Shown here piece after piece: positions 9,975 through 17,459 of a stretch of DNA of 18,505 nt. The translations under genes and the position numbers were made by a program. The notes below the pieces were generated by a model, which was given only the letters and a program-made list of their open reading frames with translations, had not been told where the DNA came from and did not search any database. Positions within the stretch are counted from its first letter, which is position 1. The number at the start of each line of letters is the position of its first letter. This DNA is from Methanobacteriaceae archaeon (GTDB taxonomy: Archaea > Methanobacteriota > Methanobacteria > Methanobacteriales > Methanobacteriaceae): positions 1 to 18,505 of the forward strand of contig PWMT01000096.1 of NCBI GenBank assembly GCA_003558085.1. The letters are read 5' to 3'.

Positions 9975-10244
9975 ATGGCAAGAACCAAAAAAGTCGGTAT
10001 TACAGGACGTTTTGGTCCAAGATACGGTAGAAAAGCTAAAAGAACAGTACAAAAAATCGAAGAAAAAATGAAAAAGAAGCATGTTTGCCCTAAATGTGAT
10101 AGGCCCTACGTTAAAAGAATAGGTAGTGGTATCTGTAAATGTACTAAATGTGATAATGTCTTCACCGGCGGTGCATATGTTCCCGCTACTCCTATGGGTA
10201 AAACTGCTAATAGAAATATTAAGAGGATAATTGGAGGTTTATAA
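9975..10244 (+). CDS. rpl37ae: 50S ribosomal protein L37ae (eL43)
   Basis: [22 protein letters not shown]...CTKC zinc ribbon, FTGGAY. Start set at ATG 9975. Confidence 0.97.
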   Translation: MARTKKVGITGRFGPRYGRKAKRTVQKIEEKMKKKHVCPKCDRPYVKRIGSGICKCTKCDNVFTGGAYVPATPMGKTANRNIKRIIGGL

Positions 10245-10376
10245 TTGTATAAATGTGCAGAGTGTGGATTTTTATTAGATCCTAGAATCACTTTGGAGAA
10301 CAAATGTCCTCGCTGTAGATATAGAATACTATTTAAACAAGTGCCTGTAGTCAAAAGAACTGTAAAGGCCCGATAA
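10245..10376 (+). CDS. rpoP: DNA-directed RNA polymerase subunit P (Rpo12)
   Basis: Not in the ORF track (43 aa). TTG start right after the rpl37ae stop, SD GGAGG at 10233-10237. MYKCAECG...[24 protein letters not shown] zinc ribbon. Confidence 0.95.
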   Translation: MYKCAECGFLLDPRITLENKCPRCRYRILFKQVPVVKRTVKAR

Positions 10377-10418
10377 TTCCTTTTTAGTTTACTAAATAAG
10401 GGCCTATAGGATGTTTTA

Positions 10419-10934
10419 ATGCTCATAACTACTTCTAGAAAACCATCACCTAAAACCCGACAATTATGCAAAACATTTACCCGGATTTTTAGCTCAGATT
10501 GTATTAATAGAGGTAAAATGAGCCTGCGAGATGTTTTCATCCAGAGCTCTAATCGAGGATATACTCACACCCTCATAATTCATGAATATAAGGGTAATCC
10601 CCAGCAGGTCAAATTCTATGGAAATAAAGGCGAAGAACTTATTCATTTAGAAATCAATGTAAAATTACCTTCAGCTCGCTTACAATTTAATCCAGAGTCT
10701 TTAACTTTCAAATGTGATGTAAAGGATTTATGCTTTTTAAAAGAATTTCTACCGGTAAAGGCCCATTATCAAGATCCTGAATCTAATTATATGTGGATAA
10801 AAGACACCCAGAAGGATTATCTAGCTATAATGGATTTTATGGATAAAAAGGGGTATAGTAGTGGATTTAGAATTTATGTAAAAAATTGGAAAGAAGGTGA
10901 CCCAGTTAGCGCAAATAAAAAAGATGGAAGTTAA
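10419..10934 (+). CDS. Brix-domain (Imp4-like) ribosome biogenesis protein
   Basis: MLITTSRKPSPKTR, NRGKMSL, E.KGNP motifs. Canonical position after rpoP. Confidence 0.92.
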   Translation: MLITTSRKPSPKTRQLCKTFTRIFSSDCINRGKMSLRDVFIQSSNRGYTHTLIIHEYKGNPQQVKFYGNKGEELIHLEINVKLPSARLQFNPESLTFKCDVKDLCFLKEFLPVKAHYQDPESNYMWIKDTQKDYLAIMDFMDKKGYSSGFRIYVKNWKEGDPVSANKKDGS

Positions 10935-11181
10935 TACTATAAATTCTATCCAGGCGGATATGGAAATGAAATTGGATTCGGCAGATGAAGCCGCTATTAT
11001 CTATGCAGCACTTTTTCCTGAATTTCAAAGCTCGCCTTCCAGCCGATCCACCATGCACCTGTACCTCCAAGATAATATTTTATATTTAAAACTTCAGGCC
11101 AAAGACGTTACTTCCTTTAGAGCTTCTCTTAATTCATCCATTCGATGGATCATTCTTTCCCTAGACATGTTAAATCTTTAA
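10924..11181 (+). CDS. pcc1: KEOPS complex subunit Pcc1
   Basis: A..IY.AL.PE....P..RS and A.D..SFRA.LNS..RW motifs. Start probably ATG 10924, overlapping the Brix stop (track gives GTG 10897). Confidence 0.88.
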   Translation: MEVNTINSIQADMEMKLDSADEAAIIYAALFPEFQSSPSSRSTMHLYLQDNILYLKLQAKDVTSFRASLNSSIRWIILSLDMLNL

Positions 11182-11315
11182 ATAAGTTCTACTATTAAAA
11201 TACTTAAGCAGTCTCTTAAGATGGGATCTATAAAATCTTTATCTTTAAGGCTGAACTTTAAATTAATTAAATCATTAGCAGATGAATAAATTTTATAAAT
11301 ATGAGGTGATAAAAA

Positions 11316-11681
11316 ATGGAAATTCCCCAGAATATTCAACACCAGTTAGCCCAGTTTCAGCAACTGCAACAACAGGCCCAGGCCATCTCTATGCAGAAGC
11401 AAAATGTAGAAATGCAAATACAAGAAACACAAAAAGCACTGGAAGAATTAAAGAAAACAGAAGATGACTCTGAAATTTTTAAAACTGCCGGCAATCTACT
11501 TATTAAGGTTAAAAAAGATGAAATCAATAGTGAATTGGAAGATAAATTAGAAACCTTACAACTTAGAGAAAAAACCGTGACTCGGCAGGAAGAAAGGGTC
11601 ATGAAAAAGCTTCAGGAAATGCAGTCCACCTTACAGGAGGCAATGCAGGGGGCTGGTATGGGCCCGGGTACAGGTAATTAA
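11316..11681 (+). CDS. pfdB: Prefoldin beta subunit
   Basis: [20 protein letters not shown] coiled coil and [11 protein letters not shown] hairpin. SD GAGGTGA. Confidence 0.97.
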   Translation: MEIPQNIQHQLAQFQQLQQQAQAISMQKQNVEMQIQETQKALEELKKTEDDSEIFKTAGNLLIKVKKDEINSELEDKLETLQLREKTVTRQEERVMKKLQEMQSTLQEAMQGAGMGPGTGN

Positions 11682-11963
11682 TTGAAAAAACTTAAAACTT
11701 TGAGTAAGGCGGATTTAGAATTAATTTCCGATTTTATATCCTCCACTGCTCAAGATTTTATTTTAAATAAAATATCTAGAAAAGAAATAGACAACCTGGA
11801 TATTAGATCTGAAGTTTCCTATGATGATGAACTAAAGGTAGATTTATCCATTAACATCCATGTAGATGAGTTATCTGTTTATGATGAGGAGATTGTGGAT
11901 CAGGCCTTAGATTATACTTTTAAAGTATTGGAACATTTTCTAGATGAAAATTATCGTTTATAA
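11682..11963 (+). CDS. Conserved archaeal hypothetical protein (DUF3194-like)
   Basis: TTG start abutting the pfdB stop. Acidic 93-aa protein (ISRKEIDNLDI) at the position this family usually occupies after pfdB. Confidence 0.75.
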   Translation: MKKLKTLSKADLELISDFISSTAQDFILNKISRKEIDNLDIRSEVSYDDELKVDLSINIHVDELSVYDEEIVDQALDYTFKVLEHFLDENYRL

Positions 11964-12019
11964 TATTTTATTTTCACGCCTCCTCTTTATTTAAGATATT
12001 GATTTTAGAGCCCGGAGTA

Positions 12020-12030
12020 TTTTTTTTTTT
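12020..12030 (+). terminator. Oligo-T terminator candidate closing the superoperon
   Basis: Run of 11 T about 55 nt after the last gene. Confidence 0.5.
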
Positions 12031-12152
12031 GATGGTAACTATAAGGCATTTAATTTATTTTCTAAATTAGAAATAAAGTTAATTTTTAATTCAATGTTAT
12101 TTATTACTTTTTTTTAAAATTGGGGGTTATAATTATTAATCTAAATCAAATA

Positions 12153-12166
12153 GAAAGATTTAAATA
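12153..12166 (+). promoter_or_regulatory. BRE + TATA box upstream of the structured intergenic element
   Basis: gaaaga-TTTAAATA (TATA 12159-12166), predicting a start near 12185-12189. Confidence 0.5.
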
Positions 12167-12184
12167 ATTTTTCACCAAAATAAT

Positions 12185-12354
12185 GGTTGATAACTAATGC
12201 GTGTAAAGTATTATTTTTGTACTAAAAACTTAGTTATCAAGCTCGAACCATTGAACCCTCTTGTTTTTTTAGTAGGGATCATTTAATTGATCCCTGCTAG
12301 AATAATATCTTAACTGAGCTACTCACGCGACTAAAGCCTGGGGCTTTATCAACC
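12185..12354 (+). ncRNA. Candidate structured RNA (~170 nt) containing a 29-codon ORF
   Basis: 11-bp IR 12187-12197/12230-12240; 12-bp stem with one G.U 12270-12281/12288-12299; 7-bp IR 12332-12338/12342-12348; 9-bp end-to-end complement 12185-12193/12346-12354. Confidence 0.45.
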
Positions 12355-12561
12355 CCTGATCGCAATAACTATAACTCTAGTTTTATTCATGATAGTAATA
12401 CTAAAATTATGGTTTTATAAACTTAGAACAAATCTATGTTTAAAGATCTTTTTTCTGCCTAAAATATTCAGTTAAAAAGCTTATTTTTACTAAAAAATAG
12501 TTTTAATATTTTTTTTATTTTTCTCAAGTGGTATTAACTATAAACCAGATTTTAGGTTTTC

Positions 12562-12590
12562 AGTAATAACAATTACTATAGATTATTACT
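12562..12590. promoter_or_regulatory. NikR-like operator AGTAATAA-N13-TTATTACT (GTAATA-N15-TATTAC)
   Basis: Perfect 8-bp inverted repeat. Half-site size and spacing resemble NikR operators. Lies upstream of metal-uptake genes. Confidence 0.55.
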
Positions 12591-12614
12591 TTCAAGAGTA
12601 TATTACTTAAAATT

Positions 12615-12645
12615 GTAATAACACAAACTATATTTATAGTATTAC
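12615..12645 (+). promoter_or_regulatory. Promoter of the large FmdE-domain gene: GTAATA-N12-TTTATA-GTATTAC
   Basis: TATA-like TTTATA at 12633-12638, bracketed by GTAATA (12615) and GTATTAC (12639). The same GTAATA-N12-TTTATA spacing recurs at 15913. Confidence 0.55.
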
Positions 12646-12702
12646 TCCAATTTAGGTCTGCACTAAAGGTGCCCATATTTAATATTACTAAAAAATGAGG
12701 AG

Positions 12703-15700
12703 GTGAAAAAGATAAAAAAACAAGCAACATTTCTAATAATGATAATGGTCTTCGCCATGGTTATTTGTGGAGCAGTTGCAGCAGAAGATGGATCAAACAC
12801 CGGTGGTGAAATAGAGTTGCAAGGGGAACCATCACCCCTGGAAGTGGATGAAGAGAGTTCACAAACAGCAAAAAATGAGGATAATGGTTCCAAATCAAAA
12901 GAACTAGTAGATTCTATCATCGGGGTTAAAGTAAATTACCAGTACGCTGATGATGAAATCAATCCAGGCATTACCCTTAAAAATCTAAGCGGTGAGAGCA
13001 TTGAATATGTTAAAACTTATGATGCTGCCTTTAAAGGATATAAACTGGAATTCTTTTACCCTGGAGTAGAGGGAGGAAGCAAGTTTAAAGTCTCAGTTAC
13101 TGCCCCGGGATACATTACTCAAGAACAAGAAGCTACAGTTAATAAGCATCCCACCGATACTACTGATCCGAATCTCTACGCTAACCTTACTTTCAATATG
13201 AAAGCCACAGAAAACTATCGCTTAGGACGAGAAGTTACCAAAAAAGCAGATGAACTATTAAACTTTGCCACAGCTGATGAAGTTCTATGCATAACTACCG
13301 CTGGTGTACCTAAACTTAATGGAACTACCAGCGAGGATGTCATTGAGGGTATCCTTAACCAATCAAATGGTATAATAACGGATGGTAAAGGTAATCTGTT
13401 ATTATTGAGGAAACCACCGACAGAACCAGTGAACTTTGCCTTTGCAGTAAAAAGGGGAAGCCAGTTAATCATGGCTTATTTCTACGATGGATCCCTGAAC
13501 CCGGCTTATGTGGGCACGGCATCTGCAAATATGAGTGAGAATCAGTGGAGAGATGTAACTCATAAATTAGGTAAAGATGCCTACGATATAACCAGCCTAG
13601 TCAATGCCTGGGCAGTAGGAGCTCCTACTGACCTTTTAAAGGCCGCAGCTTTTCATGGACATATGTGTGATGGAACTATAAGTGGATATGCTATTACTGA
13701 AATGCTCTTAAAGTATTATCCACCGGAACAGGAGACTTTAACCCATAGGGGTGCTCCTGCAGATCATACATTTTATAGGTCTATAACTATCCCTGGTGAT
13801 TCTAAAGACGATGCATTTTTATACATTCTAAACCTGACACCAGGTAAAGGAGGATCACTTTCAGGATATGATACCAGTGAAACTGGCGCCACCCGACAAA
13901 TGGCAGCATTTATCCGTTGGGATAATAAACTTAAAACTGGTACTATAATCATACTCAATTTTGATCGAGCAGCCTACCAGAAAGACTTTAAAAATGAAAC
14001 TGGACAATCGCCTTCATCAACAACACCCCATGATCATAGTCACGATGACCATACACAGGAACACGTTCACACTGATATTTATCCCCTAAGGTTAACTACC
14101 TGGTTACTGGGCAAATTAAATGAAAACCCCGAACAATACATCGAAATTATTCTAGCCAAAGAAGGATTAACTGAGGAATCCTACTACTATCTCTTGGGTT
14201 CACCCAGTGATATTAAAAATCCAGATGGTAGTGTGCGCATACCTGCACAAGAAGCAGCTGGATTAGACTTGGAATACATCGAAAGTCTAGATTTACCGGA
14301 TGCCATACCGGCGGATCCATCTCAACTAGAAAGTGGTAATTTAACCCCAGAACAAATGAAACAAATTGGAATAGATGCTGCTAATCTGGCTAAACAAATA
14401 TTCCTTGATGAGAAAGGAATAAATCTGGAAAAAGATGATCGAGATTTACTAGTGCAAACTTCTGCTGGTTACGTCCGCTTAAATGGTCAATTGACAGATA
14501 TGACTATGGATGGAATCTTCGAAGTTCTAGGATCCAGATTAAGCCGATACACTTTACTACCTATGCATAACACACCCTGGAATCCACTCTATTTTGCCTT
14601 CACCCTAAGAGGTGCTGATGGAGTAATTATGGACTCCATTTACATGAGCTACGACCCAGATGAACATAAATTTTGGGTGGGAACCTCTGCTGAAGGAAAA
14701 CAAGTGAATAATATCGGTCCAGAAGCATTGAATAATCCTGAAATATTAGAAGATCTTTCTAAGAACGTTTTCAAAGAAGGGAACTTTTCTAATATCCAAT
14801 CCATCGCCAATGCATGGAGAAATGATCCGCCTTTTGATCAGTTACTGACTTTCCTTTTCCACGATCATGCCTGTCCTGGAGTACAGCCTGGATTTTTCAT
14901 AACTGAAAAAGTTCTAACAGACTTCCCTTTAAGTGGAGATGAGCACTATTACTATTTAGCAGCTAGTATCTACTGTAAAGACGATGCTCTAATATACTTG
15001 ATGGGCATATCTCCGGGCACTGGAACTTATATGAGTAACAGGCTTCTTGATGAGGATTTATTTGATCAAAATCCAGATTTGCCTGGTGGAAGAGATGAAG
15101 GTTTATTAGTTGTTTGGGATCCAGCTACCAAAACTGGCCAAGCAGTTGTAATTACCTTTAAATGGCCAGAATTTGATCGTACTGGTCTTAATACTAGAGA
15201 AGCAATTCGTGAAGCTCAAATTGCTGGTTTTGTAGCCCTCTATAAAGATGAGGAATTTGCCCGGTTAACTGCACCGCTTCAAGTATCAACTTCAACACCC
15301 AAGTACATCACTGAAGCAGAATACAATACCATCCGTCGGGGTGGATTTGCCCAATCCAATGCAATACAATATCTAAACAGTCTTCCTTATCGAAACCGTG
15401 CTGATTTGATTCAGGTTCCTGGTGGTGACCATAGTCATAATGGAGGCCACAGCCATGATAGTACGGGAGGCCATACCCATGATGGTACGGGAGGCCATAC
15501 CCATGGTCCTTGTGGACATATTCATGGTCCAGCTACAATGGGACATTCCCATGCTCATGCTGGTTACGGCCCTGGACATACCCATGCTTCTTCTGAATTA
15601 GGAGCTGATGGTGCTGAAGGTGAATCGCCTGGTGAGGGTACTGCTTACGAGGTTACTGCAGGTTCAGGTTCAGGTGGAGCCTCATCTAATCTACCAAATT

Positions 15701-15786
15701 ATGCTATAATCTTTGGTTTATTAGGTATCAGTGCTTTGGCTGTATTTGGATTCCTTAAAGGTGGTTTAGGACCATTGCGAAAATAA
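12703..15786 (+). CDS. Secreted, C-terminally membrane-anchored His-rich protein with two FmdE-like metal-binding modules
   Basis: Signal peptide (KKQ, hydrophobic core, AVAA|E). FHGHMCDG (13651) and FHDHACPG (14857) in an internal duplication. His-rich tracts 14029-14070 and 15430-15585. C-terminal TM helix plus basic tail. Start may be ATA 12712. Confidence 0.85.
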   Translation: MKKIKKQATFLIMIMVFAMVICGAVAAEDGSNTGGEIELQGEPSPLEVDEESSQTAKNEDNGSKSKELVDSIIGVKVNYQYADDEINPGITLKNLSGESIEYVKTYDAAFKGYKLEFFYPGVEGGSKFKVSVTAPGYITQEQEATVNKHPTDTTDPNLYANLTFNMKATENYRLGREVTKKADELLNFATADEVLCITTAGVPKLNGTTSEDVIEGILNQSNGIITDGKGNLLLLRKPPTEPVNFAFAVKRGSQLIMAYFYDGSLNPAYVGTASANMSENQWRDVTHKLGKDAYDITSLVNAWAVGAPTDLLKAAAFHGHMCDGTISGYAITEMLLKYYPPEQETLTHRGAPADHTFYRSITIPGDSKDDAFLYILNLTPGKGGSLSGYDTSETGATRQMAAFIRWDNKLKTGTIIILNFDRAAYQKDFKNETGQSPSSTTPHDHSHDDHTQEHVHTDIYPLRLTTWLLGKLNENPEQYIEIILAKEGLTEESYYYLLGSPSDIKNPDGSVRIPAQEAAGLDLEYIESLDLPDAIPADPSQLESGNLTPEQMKQIGIDAANLAKQIFLDEKGINLEKDDRDLLVQTSAGYVRLNGQLTDMTMDGIFEVLGSRLSRYTLLPMHNTPWNPLYFAFTLRGADGVIMDSIYMSYDPDEHKFWVGTSAEGKQVNNIGPEALNNPEILEDLSKNVFKEGNFSNIQSIANAWRNDPPFDQLLTFLFHDHACPGVQPGFFITEKVLTDFPLSGDEHYYYLAASIYCKDDALIYLMGISPGTGTYMSNRLLDEDLFDQNPDLPGGRDEGLLVVWDPATKTGQAVVITFKWPEFDRTGLNTREAIREAQIAGFVALYKDEEFARLTAPLQVSTSTPKYITEAEYNTIRRGGFAQSNAIQYLNSLPYRNRADLIQVPGGDHSHNGGHSHDSTGGHTHDGTGGHTHGPCGHIHGPATMGHSHAHAGYGPGHTHASSELGADGAEGESPGEGTAYEVTAGSGSGGASSNLPNYAIIFGLLGISALAVFGFLKGGLGPLRK
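15454..15505 (+). repeat. 24-bp tandem duplication encoding HD(S/G)TGGHT
   Basis: catgatagtacgggaggccatacc / catgatggtacgggaggccatacc / catg, one mismatch. Confidence 0.9.
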
Positions 15787-15788
15787 AC

Positions 15789-15814
15789 TTTTTTTTCTTT
15801 TTTTCTTTTTTTTT
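15789..15814 (+). terminator. Oligo-T terminator after the FmdE-domain gene
   Basis: 24 of 26 nt are T, immediately after the stop codon. Confidence 0.75.
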
Positions 15815-15880
15815 AAACCTAAATTATTTTAAACTAGTGAAGTGGTATTTTATGCGCGTATAAAGCTTAAATCACTTTAA

Positions 15881-15937
15881 GTAATACAAATTGGGCTTTC
15901 TAATTAAAAAAAGTAATACCAACCGTTAATTTTATAT
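15881..15937 (+). promoter_or_regulatory. Promoter of cbiM-1 with two GTAATAC boxes 32 bp apart
   Basis: GTAATAC at 15881 and 15913. TTTATA at 15931 lies 12 nt after the second GTAATA. Confidence 0.5.
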
Positions 15938-16021
15938 GAGACTAGTTTGGAATTATTTAGTTAAACAGAACATGATTTATAATTAAATTGTTATTAATTA
16001 CCCTATTGTGAGGTTTTTAGT

Positions 16022-16645
16022 TTGCATATCCCTGATGGAATTATACCTTTATCTCAAGCTATGGTTTACTGGATTATAAGTATCATTGTGGTTTTTATCT
16101 ACATGTTTAAAGTATCTAAAGATGAAGATAAGGAGCAAAGAGTTTTCACCACCGCTCTTCTAGTGGTGGCATCCTTAATCGGATCTTCCTTATCCATTCC
16201 TTCACCTTTAGGAATACCTATACATTTTTTCATCATACCCTTGGTGGTGATTATCTTAGGGCCTTGGAGTGGCTCATTGGTGGCCTTTTTAACTCTCCTA
16301 ATGCAGTATTTTCTGCTGGGAATGGGAGGTATCACCAGTTTAGGGGCTAATACCGTGACTATTGGGGTGGTGCTTAGCTTTTCTACTTACATCTTTTATA
16401 GGATCACTCGGGATTTGGATTTCAAATTCAGCATCTTTTCTGGATCTTTTATGGGAATAATCATGGCTACCTTGACACATATTTTAATATTGCTTATTGC
16501 AGGTGTAGCTACATTAGAAGTACTGGTGGCCACTTTAATACCATTTTATTTATTTATTACCGTTATAGAGAGCCTGGCCAATGTAGTGGTCATATCCTTT
16601 TTAGCTAAAATTAAACCCCAATTAATAAATATGAAAAAAATTTGA
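16022..16645 (+). CDS. cbiM: ECF-type Co/Ni transporter S-component (CbiM/NikM family), copy 1
   Basis: TTG start after SD GTGAGGT. N-terminal MHIPDG, His68 (PIHF), GMGGITSLGAN. 207 aa, polytopic. Co versus Ni specificity not determinable. Confidence 0.9.
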   Translation: MHIPDGIIPLSQAMVYWIISIIVVFIYMFKVSKDEDKEQRVFTTALLVVASLIGSSLSIPSPLGIPIHFFIIPLVVIILGPWSGSLVAFLTLLMQYFLLGMGGITSLGANTVTIGVVLSFSTYIFYRITRDLDFKFSIFSGSFMGIIMATLTHILILLIAGVATLEVLVATLIPFYLFITVIESLANVVVISFLAKIKPQLINMKKI

Positions 16646-16659
16646 GGAGGAATAAAAAG

Positions 16660-17169
16660 ATGAAAATACAATTAATTTTAACGGGTCTTATGATATTGGG
16701 CATGGTAGCAGCGGTATCTGCCCATGGAATACATATCGCCACTGAGACTGATGCAGATGTAGTTATAATTGCTGATCAGGATAGTGCTGATCTAGCCCGC
16801 AGAGTGGTGAGTGAATTAGGAGTAAATGCTGGGGTTTTTGAATTCACGTCACCAGGTCAAGTAAACCATGAACTAGGCCACTTCATTTTTGATCACGATT
16901 ATACGGTACTAGCGGTGGCTTATCAGGATACTGTAGAAGAATTTATAGTTAATAATCCACAATCTTCAGATCAAATCAGAGTATCAGCAGCAGAAGAAGA
17001 AGAGATCAGAAATAATCTAATGGAGCTCACGGAAAATGGTACTGGCGAGCCAACTACTCCTCCTGTTGAGGAAAGTGGATTTTTAATTCCTTTCATTTTA
17101 GGACTTTTAGTGGGATTTGTTGCTGGTTTGGGATTAGGTGCTTTCTGGATGAAAAGGAAGAGTGCTTAA
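16660..17169 (+). CDS. Small secreted, membrane-anchored putative metal-binding protein, copy 1
   Basis: ATG 16660 after SD GAGGAGG. Signal peptide ending AVSA|HGIH, internal HELGH, P/T linker, C-terminal TM helix plus KRK. Confidence 0.8.
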   Translation: MKIQLILTGLMILGMVAAVSAHGIHIATETDADVVIIADQDSADLARRVVSELGVNAGVFEFTSPGQVNHELGHFIFDHDYTVLAVAYQDTVEEFIVNNPQSSDQIRVSAAEEEEIRNNLMELTENGTGEPTTPPVEESGFLIPFILGLLVGFVAGLGLGAFWMKRKSA

Positions 17170-17203
17170 TCTCCTCTTTTTTCTATTTTTATAATCAATT
17201 TTT
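17170..17203 (+). terminator. Pyrimidine/T-rich terminator candidate
   Basis: tctcctcttttttctattttt directly after the stop codon. Confidence 0.5.
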
Positions 17204-17459
17204 TAATTAAAACTTTTCTATATTATTTATTTTTAATAAATAAATTATTTAAAAACTATTTGTATAGTTTATAACTTACTTAAGCTTAATTAAAACTATA
17301 TCTTGACTTCTTTTTAAGGAATAATCAAATTTTATAGTAAATTTTATATATTAGTTCACGATTTATTTAAGTATACTTTAATTAATTTCAATTATACCTG
17401 AATTATGGGTGTGATTGGAATTATTAAATAAGCATTAAAATGAAAGGGAGGTCTTTAAT

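Noticed and set aside
10106-10540. 144-aa minus-strand ORF
   Set aside because: Overlaps rpl37ae, rpoP and the Brix gene in antisense, with no recognisable motif.
11957-11990. Minus-strand SD-like GAGGAGG followed by GTG
   Set aside because: The frame closes after six codons. More likely a pyrimidine-rich tract after a + strand stop.
12185-12354. MITE bounded by GGTTGATAA/TTATCAACC
   Set aside because: The inverted repeat is only 9 bp, with no target-site duplication and no second copy in the window.
15373-15585. Minus-strand Met-rich repetitive ORF
   Set aside because: Mirror of the CAT (His) codons of the His-rich tract.
12703-15786. Formylmethanofuran dehydrogenase subunit E (fmdE) as a functional call
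   Set aside because: Exported, ~1020 aa, duplicated, and no fmd/fwd genes nearby. Only the domain is shared.
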